Below are positions 1-10,538 of a stretch of 64,000 bases of DNA, one piece after another (position 1 is the stretch's first letter; each line of letters begins with the position of its first letter). The position numbers were made by a program, and so were the translations under genes. This DNA comes from Andalucia godoyi And28 (taxonomy: Eukaryota; Protista; Jakobida). The stretch is taken from the NCBI GenBank assembly GCA_009859145.1, contig VRVR01000053.1:1-64000 (forward strand), given 5' to 3'. The notes under the pieces were generated by a model. It was not told the DNA's origin, did not search any database, and worked only from the letters and a program-made list of their open reading frames with translations.

Positions 1-1
1 A

Positions 2-526
2 GCTGACATGGTCGTATTATTTCGCTGCATTCTAGCGAACGGAACCATGATCAATGCATCGGCATCTGAAAATTCGGACTTGTATGCATCTCTTCGAGGT
101 GGTGGAAGCATTGGTCGATTTATGCTCGTGCATGAAATGGTTTTGCTATTGCCCCCGAATCCTGTCGACAACGTCACTGTAATCTCTCTTTCAGCGAGAT
201 GGACCGATCCTAAACAGGGTAAGGCTTTCTTGCACATTTTTTCCAGCATCTGTCCTTATTTCCACAAGAACGTCACATTAACTGCGCATCTCCAGACTGG
301 TCGAGAAGATCCGTTGCTTCGACTGAAAGGAACGAGCTTTCTTTCCCTTAATGAGACTCGCACCACTCTAGCACCTCTCCTGGATCATTTGTACCATTTG
401 CCTGCAGGTGTTGTGGAAGACACTATCGAACTCCGTTCTCCCTTGGAGATTTCTGCTATTCTTTCAGAATGCGGTTCCCTCGAAAGTTGTATAGAAGCTG
501 GGCATATGTTTCCTGGTGATGGATAG
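2..526 (+). CDS. FAD-linked oxidoreductase (FAD_binding_4/BBE-like), 5'-partial, ends at an in-frame TAG
   Basis: Frame is open from the window edge: ADMVVLFRCILANGTMINASASENSDLYASLRGGG resembles the family motif DNVxxxxVVLADGxxxxASxxENxDLFWALRGGG. It stops at TAG 524-526, earlier than expected for the family. Confidence 0.6.
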   Translation, partial: ADMVVLFRCILANGTMINASASENSDLYASLRGGGSIGRFMLVHEMVLLLPPNPVDNVTVISLSARWTDPKQGKAFLHIFSSICPYFHKNVTLTAHLQTGREDPLLRLKGTSFLSLNETRTTLAPLLDHLYHLPAGVVEDTIELRSPLEISAILSECGSLESCIEAGHMFPGDG

Positions 527-853
527 TCGGTGTATCGAGATGGAAGCAACGCCTGGTTCGGTCATAGCTCCTTCGTCGAGATGATCCGTCGCATGTGCAA
601 AACTCAGTGCGATTTTCGTTCGACTGTCTTTGATTCAGACAACTGCAGCATCTTTGATCCGCCTGTTTGCGCACCATGCGACTCCCAAGCATCAGCCCCA
701 TCTTCATCCAGCAAAAAAGATCAGCTTGGCAAAGGGGCCATTGCTGGGATCGTCGTGTCTTCCATCGCGGTTGCGGTCGCCGCTGTGATTGCCGTCGTGC
801 GTGTTGCCCGAAAAAGACGAAACAAACAGAATGGGCACGTGCAAATTGCTTGA
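527..853 (+). CDS. In-frame continuation after the TAG: Cys-containing segment, single TM helix and basic cytosolic tail
   Basis: Same frame as 2-526. GAIAGIVVSSIAVAVAAVIAVV followed by RVARKRRNK is a typical type-I membrane anchor. Confidence 0.4.
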   Translation, partial: SVYRDGSNAWFGHSSFVEMIRRMCKTQCDFRSTVFDSDNCSIFDPPVCAPCDSQASAPSSSSKKDQLGKGAIAGIVVSSIAVAVAAVIAVVRVARKRRNKQNGHVQIA

Positions 854-1276
854 TTTGTATCGCAGCTTCGTCTTTATGGAATTCTTTCTGACGCTCGAAT
901 GAATGAGCGACTTCTTGTTTCAGCGTACCTAGCGACGCCGAATGTGTGTCGTTCATTAGGAGTGTCGTTGGAAGAACGGGGATTGCCAAATGATTTTCAT
1001 CTACGGCTTTGCTCTGTTTTAAGTCAAGTCGATATAGATTGAGATGAAGGAGGTTCACTCAAATTTAGCGTTTCTGAAGGGATGCCATTGGTGGTGACGG
1101 AAACTGAAAAGAGACTGATAATGAACAGATTTTAATGACAACGTAATGTGCAAACAAGGATGCTGAACACGAATTCCATCTGATGAAAGAAAAAATTCGT
1201 CGTAGGGAATTCAGAAATGATGCTTATCTGCAACGCCCCAACTCGATTTTGACCCAACTCGAGTTCGCCCGATTTT

Positions 1277-1647
1277 ACGCCTACATTATACACTGAACAT
1301 GCATATCTACGAACAGACATGCATGGATCTCACCACAGCGCCCACACGTTTTGGACGTGTACTCCTCCGTCACGATGGCAACATGGCGCTCGCGATACTC
1401 GGTCGCCTTATGGAACAAACGCTGCAAAAACCAAACCAACGAATGATAGAATAAATGGCTACGGATGTTGCGTTAAAGAGTGTCGAAAATGCGGAGCCTG
1501 TGTCACCGGCTGAATTCTGGCCGAGCGTGCGTCAGCACGAATTCCCTGTGAAACAAAACGTGCCAGTGTCGGCCAGTATTGACCGTGTGTGTTTATGCAT
1601 ACTTCCGTATGCGTGACAATGACGTGCTATCATTAAACGGCAAGATT
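1277..1647 (-). mobile_element. Non-autonomous, internally deleted Fanzor/TnpB-type element, copy B
   Basis: Reverse complement of about 1433-1647 matches 40175-40388 at roughly 85% by eye. Reverse complement of 1277-1324 matches 40725-40775 with 1 substitution and one 3-nt indel. The interior encodes a Fanzor-like fragment. Confidence 0.85.
1323..1430 (-). pseudogene. Fanzor/TnpB fragment (RuvC-II region and first half of the Zn finger)
   Basis: Translates as FLQRLFHKATEYRERHVAIVTEEYTSKTCGRCGEIH, matching the Fanzor-type VxExYTSKxCxxCG motif. Confidence 0.85.
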
Positions 1648-1855
1648 GAAAATAAGAAAACGAAAGTGGAAGATCCGGCAGAGCGACGTTTTTTTTTCCC
1701 CACCAGTTGTAGACGTAGCGCCAAGAAACTGCAAATCACTGTCACGAATCAGAAAAACATCGCAACTCGCAAAAAGTGCTAAATCTCTCGTTGCCCCGAG
1801 ATTTCGACGTTGTGTTATTTTGCTGTTTCGAATTCCTCGATTCCTGTGAAATGAA

Positions 1856-3478
1856 ATGAACGATCTCGAGGAAAAGTACCGAAAGACTTCCAGACTATGG
1901 ACAGTGCTCCGAAACCACAGAATTGCTTGTTCTGCAGGTTTGATAGTAGTTGTATTCCTTTTTGGTTCGCTCCTCACACCCCGATCCCCCACTCCGCAGC
2001 CGCAAGTGGCCACAGTCAAGCGTAGTCAAAGTGGATCCTCGAGACCTTCTGTTCCAGTGCGCCTGCCCCCACAGAGGAAAATAACTCCAGAACAAGACGA
2101 TGAGCCTGTAGAGTCGGAGGAAAATCAAGACCAAAAGCCGCAGGACGATGGTGCACGCCGAAAGCGAGAGGGAAAGTCTCCTGCCCCAGCGTCTCTTGTC
2201 AAGTCAAAGCCTGCGACAAAGTCCGCCGTTGTGGATACGATTTCCGAGGCTATTGAAAAGCCTGTGGATGAAAGCACTTTGAAAAAGGCTGCCGGAGCGT
2301 CGTCTTCTTCGACTGTGATGCGGCACCCGGTTCTTCAGCAGATCATTGACAAGGTAGATCCGATTGATTTTCTTCCTCCCATGACAGATGCCTTATTAGA
2401 AAAGCTCGAATACTGGAGACAAATCCAGCTTGCCGCGACCGGAAAGCCGTCCTCTGCAAAGTGGGACGGCAAGTTGGTTCGATGTTCGCCGTCGGCGCAG
2501 ATGGGAAATCGGGTTCGTTTTACGCTGGCATGCTTCTTCTTTGCGCTTGTAACAGACCGTGCGCTTTCTGTGGAGTTTCTTTCTGGCTTCTACGCTTCTT
2601 TGGACGATCTGTTCGACTTACCAGCGCCTCTGGAGGCCACTGCGGTTGGCGCACCAGCAGCAGGGACCTGGGGTGGCACATTTCCAGGTTCCGAAGAAGA
2701 TATCACCTGTTCGGACCTAAAGCAAAGATTCAAGGACGTTGGCTCTGTCCAGTTTTCGGGATCAGGTGCTTACTACTTTGCGCCCCACATCTGGCACAAT
2801 CCTCATCACCATGATGAACTCCTCGCCCTGTTTCCGGATGAGCGTTTCATCGACAAGTTGACTTGGTGGCTGCTCCCTCCGAACAAACAGGTATGGCAAA
2901 TTGTTCGAGACGTGTATGATGCGCACTTGTCTGATTCCACCTTCATAATCGGCCAGCAGATCCGATCCAACTGCCCGCCGGAACCGAAGACATTTATTTC
3001 AGACGCCGAATTTCAATCGCACCACGATTGCGCGGTGGAGATTACTCCAAAGGAGCACCGCAAAACTGCAAAGTGGTACGTTGCTGCGGATTCGGGAAAT
3101 GCCATCAAAGACTCTATGGAAAAGCTGGAGTTCGACGGAGCGGTTTTCCGGTGGAAGCCCGATGAGTTTGTGCTGAGTGGTGATCCAACTGGAGTTCGCC
3201 AGGCCCTTGCCGACATTATGCTGCTTGCTGTTTCAGACGAAATGATCATGTCCACCTGGTCGAGCTACGGACAGATGGCTGCCACGTATCATTTGAAGCC
3301 GTCCTACTGGGTCTCCGACTACGGTTTCCCGCTAGGCAATGACTACGCTCTCCAAGAAGAAGTGCTCCCGCATTGCTACCGCCTCTTGACAACGGAGTAT
3401 TCTGCACGCCAATACACGGAATTTGTAAGCCATGTCAGCTGCTTCACGAAAGATATGGCACCTTCCTGGTGGTTGTGA
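1856..3478 (+). CDS. Type II membrane fucosyltransferase (GT37/alpha-1,2-FUT-like)
   Basis: N-terminal TM helix and long stem, then motifs GNRVRFTLACFFFALVTDRAL, IGQQIRS, WYVAADS and ALADIMLLAVSDEMIMSTWSSYG. Confidence 0.7.
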   Translation: MNDLEEKYRKTSRLWTVLRNHRIACSAGLIVVVFLFGSLLTPRSPTPQPQVATVKRSQSGSSRPSVPVRLPPQRKITPEQDDEPVESEENQDQKPQDDGARRKREGKSPAPASLVKSKPATKSAVVDTISEAIEKPVDESTLKKAAGASSSSTVMRHPVLQQIIDKVDPIDFLPPMTDALLEKLEYWRQIQLAATGKPSSAKWDGKLVRCSPSAQMGNRVRFTLACFFFALVTDRALSVEFLSGFYASLDDLFDLPAPLEATAVGAPAAGTWGGTFPGSEEDITCSDLKQRFKDVGSVQFSGSGAYYFAPHIWHNPHHHDELLALFPDERFIDKLTWWLLPPNKQVWQIVRDVYDAHLSDSTFIIGQQIRSNCPPEPKTFISDAEFQSHHDCAVEITPKEHRKTAKWYVAADSGNAIKDSMEKLEFDGAVFRWKPDEFVLSGDPTGVRQALADIMLLAVSDEMIMSTWSSYGQMAATYHLKPSYWVSDYGFPLGNDYALQEEVLPHCYRLLTTEYSARQYTEFVSHVSCFTKDMAPSWWL

Positions 3479-3878
3479 TATCTTGCCATCTGCCGTAAAA
3501 ATGTCCACCAAATCCCATGAAACGTTCGTAGTCCCGCTGCGAGGTATAAAAAGTCCGTCTGCGTGTGTAGCGGATAATTCCACTGGTCAAAAAACAACAG
3601 GCGACTCTTTTCTTGCCTCTTTCTTTCTATTCCGGCTGGGCAATGCTTGCACGATTGCTTCATGTTCGAAAGAAACACGCTCGTCCTTTCGCCCAACAGC
3701 TTCTTCTTCTGTTTTTTTTGTTTTTTTTTTTAATTTTAAATTTTAAATTTCTCCTTCTTCCTGTCACTCCCTATTTTTCCACTTTTTCTTCTTGTTTCTG
3801 TTGTTCCTCCACTTCTCCCGTTGACTGTGTTCTTGTCTTTCGATTGCAAGACGTCGTGTAGTTCTTCCCGGAATTAAA

Positions 3879-5291
3879 ATGCTTTCTCGGTCTGCTATGC
3901 TCCACCGTGCTCCTGCGTTCACTCGATCATTTGCGAATGGAGGAGATGCGTTGAAGGCAAAACTCAAGGATGTGATCGTTCGTGAAGGAGAGAAGGTGAA
4001 GAAGATCCGAAAGGATTACGGAAACGTAATCATTGGTGATGTGACGATCGATATGGCATATGGTGGAATGCGTGGAATCAAGGGTCTCGTGTACGAGACG
4101 TCGCTTTTGGACTCCGAGGAGGGTATCCGTTTCCGTGGCCTGTCTATTCCAGAGTGCCAGGAACGGTTGCCCAAGTGGCACGACAAGGGAGAGGAGCCGC
4201 TTCCCGAAGGTCTCTTGTGGCTTTTGTTGACCGGTGAGGTTCCCACAAGCGAGCAGGTAAAGGGTATCACGCGCGAGTTTCACGAACGTGGCAATGTTCC
4301 GGAGCAGGTGGAGGCCATTATTCGCTCGTTTCCGAAGGATATGCACCCTATGACCCAGTTCTCCGCAGCCATTCTCTTGCTCCAACCACAGTCCAAGTTT
4401 GCAGCAGCGTATCGCGAGGGAGTGAACAAGTCCAAGTACTGGGAATATGCGTTTGACGACTCTCTTACTCTTCTTGCGCAGCTTCCACGCGTCGCAGCCC
4501 TCATTTACCGCAACGTTTTCAAGGACGGAAACATTACCGCGTCGTCGACACATCTGGACTGGTCTGGCAACTTCTCGCAGATGTTGGGCTTCAACGACCG
4601 CAAGTTCCATGAACTCATGCGTCTGTATCTGACGATCCATGCGGATCACGAAGGAGGCAATGTTTCTGCCCATGCCACACATCTCGTCGGCTCCGCTCTT
4701 TCAGATCCGTTCTTGTCTCTTTCCGGAGGTATGAATGGTTTGGCTGGGCCCCTCCACGGGCTTGCAAACCAGGAGGTGCTCCGTTTCTTGAAGAAGATTC
4801 AAGCACAGCTCCCTGGTCCGCAGTACACCAAGGAGGATCTTACGAAGACACTGTGGAACCATCTCAATGGGGGCCAGGTGATCCCTGGATATGGACACGC
4901 CGTACTGCGAAAGACCGACCCTCGCTACACGTGCCAACGCGAGTTTGCTCTCAAGCACATGCCCCACGACCCGAACTTCAAGCTGGTTTCGGATTTGTAT
5001 GAAGTGACTCCCAAGGTTCTCACGGAACATGGAAAGACAAAGAACCCGTTCCCCAATGTAGATGCTCACTCGGGAGTCTTGCTGCAGCACTATGGCCTTG
5101 TGGAAGAAGATTATTATACTGTGTTGTTTGGAGTTTCGCGAGCAGTTGGCGTGCTCTCGCAGCTGGTCCTTTCTCGTGCGCTGGGTCTTCCGATCGAACG
5201 TCCGAAGTCGGTTACCACTGAATGGGTTGAGAAGTACATTGCCTCCAATAAGGACAAGCTCCGTGTTGCAAAAGGTGCCGCCGAGGAATAA
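3879..5291 (+). CDS. CS: Citrate synthase, mitochondrial type
   Basis: Presequence-like N-terminus. Motifs [54 protein letters not shown] and PNVDAHSG. Confidence 0.97.
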   Translation: MLSRSAMLHRAPAFTRSFANGGDALKAKLKDVIVREGEKVKKIRKDYGNVIIGDVTIDMAYGGMRGIKGLVYETSLLDSEEGIRFRGLSIPECQERLPKWHDKGEEPLPEGLLWLLLTGEVPTSEQVKGITREFHERGNVPEQVEAIIRSFPKDMHPMTQFSAAILLLQPQSKFAAAYREGVNKSKYWEYAFDDSLTLLAQLPRVAALIYRNVFKDGNITASSTHLDWSGNFSQMLGFNDRKFHELMRLYLTIHADHEGGNVSAHATHLVGSALSDPFLSLSGGMNGLAGPLHGLANQEVLRFLKKIQAQLPGPQYTKEDLTKTLWNHLNGGQVIPGYGHAVLRKTDPRYTCQREFALKHMPHDPNFKLVSDLYEVTPKVLTEHGKTKNPFPNVDAHSGVLLQHYGLVEEDYYTVLFGVSRAVGVLSQLVLSRALGLPIERPKSVTTEWVEKYIASNKDKLRVAKGAAEE

Positions 5292-5524
5292 GAGTGGCGT
5301 TTGTGTGTGTGTGTGCACGTGACGAAGGGAAAAGTAAAGACATTTTCTACGTGGTCGAAACACAAGATTTAATATTTTTCGCTGTTGGCGACCCCATCGC
5401 ATTCCGCAAACGCATGCGTTCGGTATTGTCATTTAAACTTGCAAGCCTTTGATTATAAATAGAAATATATATATATATTTGTCATCCCCCCGGCCACTCA
5501 CTTCTCCTCCACTCCCGGAAAACC

Positions 5525-6652
5525 CTATAAATCGCAACCATCTTGCGGACTATCGCCGACATCATCCTCCAAAAGGGGTTCACGAGTGACACTGGAAGGA
5601 TTCATTGACCACTCCTTGGTAGCTACCGGAGCCGCAACTGCGCCCGCTCCTGTATCGGAAGCCAACAATCCTTGGTTGGCCTTGCTGTCGCCAGCGTTTA
5701 TGCTTGAAAACACGCGCTTTGAGCCACGAAACGGATATCTCCCGCAGGTGACAAACCGCAAGACATCTCTCAGAATCACGTAATATCGGCCGTGCGAATA
5801 CACCAGAAAGTTGAGGAAAAAATACGACGGGGTGAGCAGTACAAAAAGCCAATTGACCACAGGACTCGGGTCGGAGTCTGTGACGGCTTCGCGGAACGAC
5901 AGGTATGTCGGAACTGTCCAGCAGACGACGAATGGAATGAGAAACGACAAGAATCGAATGTCGCGGGTGCGCATTTGTCTTCGTTGGAACAGTCGATCTG
6001 AATCTGTCAGATGTCCTTGAATGTTTCCAAACGATTTTCGCAGCCGCAGGGAAACGACAGCAAAGCAGATGCAGTCAATGATGACGACAATTACAAGCAA
6101 GATGCCATGGCACAAGGGCGCAACGGATATTCCATTTATGCGCCGAGCACCTTGGATTTCATTTAAGACTGCAGTCGGGATTAGAATCGAAATCGGAATT
6201 CCAAACGAGATGCCTTGTACCAGAATGCGGAACCACGATTTTCTCGACCACAATGACAGCACTTTCTTGTTAACGAGGGAATACGCCAACCAGGCAGTCA
6301 ATATCCACGAGGCCCATTCAACCCACTCGTGGAAGATGGCGACGATTCCGAGAAACACGATTGCGCCGTCTGATGACGATTCGTCTGTCAGTCGAATAAA
6401 GACTTCGTGGGATGCGGCCATGAATGTAAAGGCTGACCAGCAAATCCCAGTGAAACTCATCGTCCCCAAGATGGCCTTTGAGAATAAACGCCCACCATTC
6501 CGGCTGTTCGGCGACTGGAGTGCCGCGACAGACACCATCATCAGCAACGGACCGACAAACGACAATACACACAGAAAGCAAATCACCCAAAGCTGGGCCA
6601 TATTAAAGTCGTCAAACTCATTTTGAAAAGGCAGATCCGTCGAGCTCACCAT
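5525..6652 (-). CDS. 7TM GPCR-like protein (cAMP-receptor/Git3-like)
   Basis: About seven hydrophobic segments. The TM6 motif RFLSFLIPFVVCWT and TM7 motif LTPSYFFLNFLVYS resemble CAR/Git3-like receptors. Start placed at ATG 6652 (MVSSTD). Confidence 0.6.
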   Translation of the reverse strand: MVSSTDLPFQNEFDDFNMAQLWVICFLCVLSFVGPLLMMVSVAALQSPNSRNGGRLFSKAILGTMSFTGICWSAFTFMAASHEVFIRLTDESSSDGAIVFLGIVAIFHEWVEWASWILTAWLAYSLVNKKVLSLWSRKSWFRILVQGISFGIPISILIPTAVLNEIQGARRINGISVAPLCHGILLVIVVIIDCICFAVVSLRLRKSFGNIQGHLTDSDRLFQRRQMRTRDIRFLSFLIPFVVCWTVPTYLSFREAVTDSDPSPVVNWLFVLLTPSYFFLNFLVYSHGRYYVILRDVLRFVTCGRYPFRGSKRVFSSINAGDSKANQGLLASDTGAGAVAAPVATKEWSMNPSSVTREPLLEDDVGDSPQDGCDL

Positions 6653-7585
6653 GTCTCCAACAACGCACAGAGTTAATGTGGCAGCAGTGGCGGTTTGTCG
6701 TGCTGGTGGGGGGTGCTGGTGGTTGTAGAGTGAAGCAAAGTGAAGCAAAATCAACAAACCAACCAAGGCCTTGTATTGTGCTGTAGGCAGGACAAGTGCG
6801 CCGCAGTGGAGGAGGGTAAACGACAGACGGGGAAAAACGACTTGGCGAGAGACGGCGGACCGTTTTGTGCATCAGCACTGAACATCAAACAAATACGATT
6901 TTTTCTTACCGTAGTCAAGACTAAAAATTTCTTATTTTTCTTCGCTTTTTATTCTTTCTATTTTATTTTATTTTTCTTTCTGTTTGTTTGTGTTTTATAA
7001 CCGAACCCTCAAGCAGCAGCTTTCATCAGAGAGACAAAACATCTCATGGCTCCAGAGAGGGATCTTCCCAACAAACTCAAATTGGCTATGCCCGGAGACA
7101 GCAAGAACCAAAAAACCCGTTGATCTCGCCGTCGACATTCCGTTTTCTCCAACGTTCATTTATTGAATGGTGAATCGACCGGGGAACATGCTGGTTGCGA
7201 TGACCCTTTGATGCAGAGTTGGTACTCGCCTTAAATTGGATCCGCATTTTCCTTCTATTTCCCTCTTTTCTTCTCGATAAACAAAAAATCGAATTATATA
7301 TTTACTTTTTATTGTTTTTACAGAAGATACGAAAATGGAAAGAAACCCTAGACAGAAAACAAAATTGGCTGCACCAAGCAACAAAACAAAACAAAAAAGT
7401 ACGATAGCCCTAGCATGAGATGAAGAGGGTAGTTTTTTGCAAGCTTTTTTTGGGCTTTGACCAATGCTCGTTTTGCTTTCCTTTTTCTCTGGCTTCTTTT
7501 TCATTCTTCTTGTTTCTTCTTGTTTGATCTTTGTTCCAGAGGGGGAAAAAGAAGAAGAGAAAGAAAAGAAAAAAATTCACAAAAA

Positions 7586-8980
7586 ATGCAGCGCCGCCTG
7601 TTGTCGACAGCGACTCTAGCTGAGCCTCTCTTTGGACTGCCTACTCTTTCGGCGTCTGCAGCATCTGCGTCGCTTTCTGCTGCTGCAGCGACGCCGAACG
7701 GAGTTTCGACGATTTTGGCCTCTGCGCCTTCGTCTGGCACGTCCACGGTCTCCATTGCTGTTCGTGGTGGCTCTCGTTTGTCAACCGTGTCTGCTGGTAC
7801 GGCTGCCGTGTACCAGCGCGTTGCTTTGCAATCTGCCACGCCGTCGGCATCCGCGTTCCGTCGCTCCCGTGCTCTCGAGGCACTTGGAGCTACCGCATCT
7901 GTGACGACCACGCGTGAGGCAACCCTTGTTTCCGTTTCTGCACAGCCAGAGAACTTGCAGCCCGCATTCGATCTGGTGGCAGATGCACTCGTGAACTCGT
8001 CGTTGCGTGAGCATGAGGTTCGTGAAGTCCTCCACCAGCTGGTTGACACTGGAGATGCAGCCGATGCTCTTGCGGACCCCGTTGCCCGGACTCTCGAGGA
8101 GCTGAATGCAGCGGCTTTCCGCTATGGCGAACTTGGGCGATCGGTTTATCTTGCGCCAAACGCAGACGTTGTGTCCACTGCAGACGTCAAGGCGTTCCAT
8201 GCGCAAACCGTTGGCGCCTCTGGCTCCAACACGGCCGTTGTAGCTGCCGGAGCCGTTCCATTTGAGACTGCCGAAGCGTTTGTCCAGGCCGTCTCGGCAT
8301 CGGCGCTGGGCTCAACGCCCAAGACGGGCGCAAAGGTTGCGTTCGCACGGTCCCGGTACACCGGCGGAGAGACACGAGTTTCCGTTGGTGGCGCAGAATC
8401 GTATGGTGCTCTTGCGTTTGGATCCGCGTCCGTTTCAGAGTCTTCTGCTGCAGCAATCCAGGTGCTTGCGGCTGTCCTCGGAGGTGTTGACAAGCTTTCG
8501 CATGTTCGCGGACCCGTGGCATCACAATCGCTGGTGGGGCTCAAGCTCAAGAACAACGCTGCTGTGCGTGTTGCACGTGCGTTTGCAAGCATCTACTCGG
8601 ATGCGCAGCTGCTTGGATTCTTCTTTGCTGCCCAAAATGGCGATGCTTTCCGTGGTGCGGTAAATTCCGCTGCCGAGAGCATCAAGCAAATTGCTTTGAA
8701 CGCTGCCTTGCCCGCGGAAGCCATTGCACGTGCTCGCAATGCAGTGCTGGCCGCACAGGCTGATGCTCTTGGATCGGCCGCGGGCTTCTCGGCACAGACA
8801 GCTTTGGAGCTTGTGGGAGCATCACAAAAGGTCTCCGTAGAAGCCATCCGTAAGGTCTCCGCCGAAGATGTCGCACGAGTTGCCAAGGAACTTGCGGCGG
8901 CCAAGCCGACCGTTGTTGTCCTCGGTGAGATTTCATCTGCACCCTTTGCAGACGAAATTGCCCAAGCTCTCAAATTATAA
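7586..8980 (+). CDS. M16 family non-catalytic subunit (cytochrome bc1 core protein 2 / MPP-alpha-like)
   Basis: Mitochondrial presequence MQRRLLSTAT. Motifs VSIAVRGGSR, ALEALGATASVTTTRE, YTGGETR and FASIYSDAQLLG. No HxxEH motif. Confidence 0.8.
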   Translation: MQRRLLSTATLAEPLFGLPTLSASAASASLSAAAATPNGVSTILASAPSSGTSTVSIAVRGGSRLSTVSAGTAAVYQRVALQSATPSASAFRRSRALEALGATASVTTTREATLVSVSAQPENLQPAFDLVADALVNSSLREHEVREVLHQLVDTGDAADALADPVARTLEELNAAAFRYGELGRSVYLAPNADVVSTADVKAFHAQTVGASGSNTAVVAAGAVPFETAEAFVQAVSASALGSTPKTGAKVAFARSRYTGGETRVSVGGAESYGALAFGSASVSESSAAAIQVLAAVLGGVDKLSHVRGPVASQSLVGLKLKNNAAVRVARAFASIYSDAQLLGFFFAAQNGDAFRGAVNSAAESIKQIALNAALPAEAIARARNAVLAAQADALGSAAGFSAQTALELVGASQKVSVEAIRKVSAEDVARVAKELAAAKPTVVVLGEISSAPFADEIAQALKL

Positions 8981-9267
8981 TTGCTATCCTTGCCCGTTTT
9001 TGGTTCTTCTTCTCCGTTCCTTCCCTTTTTTCTCATCCGCTTCCTGACCCCCACCCCCCTTTACTCTTTATCTGTTGTTGTTGTTGTTGTTTTAATTTCC
9101 CATTCCTCCCATTCCTCATGCTGTTGTCGAGTTTGTGTAAAACAACCAAATAGATTATTCTGCTTTTATCAATGGCTCTTTGCCTCTCTGTACAACGAAA
9201 AGACATATCTGTCGTCAACTCTCTTCTCTGTTTTCTCCCTTCCTTCCTTCCTCCTTTTTTGTCCACT

Positions 9268-9759
9268 CTAAGCCGAAAACGTAGACTCGGCAGACAGCGC
9301 GGCTCGAGCTTGTTCATCAAACCGAACTGCAGAAAATTTGCGGCCCTTTGCATCCGTTATTGTTTCGTATGTAGACAAGACACTGGTAATTTCCTGCAGA
9401 GTAGAGACCGGAACATTGAACTGCGCTTCAAGCGATTGCCAATCCACCACTGCACCTTGCTTTGTGGCGTACACTGTCTGCAACAGAGAGTCCAGCTGCT
9501 GGTGCGTTAGCCGACGCGCATGACCCGTGTCAGAACGCCGATTGTGAGAAGCAAGACCAGAGGGAGGAATCGGACGATCCATCTTGACTGACCGGCTGTG
9601 GATTGCGCCCGAAATTTGCTTCAATGCATCACGAAACTCTCCTTGTGCGGAATCTCGCTCTGGCATTATCGAGGTTGGAATCAACGGCGGCGCTGCATTT
9701 CGAGATGCTGCGGCAGGACGGATCCCTTCCGACACCGCACGTGTCGCCCTCTGACCCAT
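9268..9759 (-). CDS. Small protein, possibly NDUFAF4-like complex I assembly factor
   Basis: MGxxxTR start, and RRLTHQQLDSLL...WQSLEAQFNVP resembles the UPF0240/NDUFAF4 C-terminal region. Weak by-eye match. Confidence 0.4.
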   Translation of the reverse strand: MGQRATRAVSEGIRPAAASRNAAPPLIPTSIMPERDSAQGEFRDALKQISGAIHSRSVKMDRPIPPSGLASHNRRSDTGHARRLTHQQLDSLLQTVYATKQGAVVDWQSLEAQFNVPVSTLQEITSVLSTYETITDAKGRKFSAVRFDEQARAALSAESTFSA

Positions 9760-10102
9760 ACTGAGCTCGGCTCTTCGTTCTTATGCGTCGTCTTTCTTTT
9801 ATTGCTGCTCCTCGAAATGCACCTCCACGGTTTCTGCTAGTCGAGGGATCGACCATTGAGAGAAGGGCCGAGTTCCTTCCCTTCTTTTTTCTTTCCTTCT
9901 TTTCTTTTGGCGTCAAATGATGCATGCGTTTTCCAAACGGACAGCAGCGACAATTTGTTTTACTTTAAAATAATCATTCTGATATAATATATTTTTATTA
10001 TTATTATTATTATTATTTGGGAAGCACCTGCCTTTCGTGGTGGCGACACAGTCTGGGGTGTTGAAGGCAAGAACAGAGGGAGGTAGGGGATTGGGGAGGA
10101 AA

Positions 10103-10507
10103 ATGGAAGATCTCGACACACCAGCGTTTGTCGTGAGACTGGAAGTGTGCCAGCGGAATTGTGAACGAATGCTCGAAACAGCACGGCAGAACGGAGTGAA
10201 GCTGCGACCGCATGTGAAGACTCACAAGACTGTGGAACTTGGGTTGCTGCAAGTCGGTGGTGACCGATCGCGAGGCATTGTGTGCTCGACGATCGCTGAA
10301 TGCAAGCACTTTTTAAGCCACGGCTTCTTGGATGTGCTGTACGGAGTCCCCGTTTCCGAGGCGAAAGTCCGACGCATTGCCGAACTGCGACTCGCATTTC
10401 CCGATGCACAAATCCATTTCATGATTGACCACATCGATCATGTTCGTATGTGCGAGTCGCTTGTCTCGCAATCCAAAGTTGAGCATCTCCATCCTCTCCA
10501 TCAGCAT

Positions 10508-10538
<31 letters not shown>

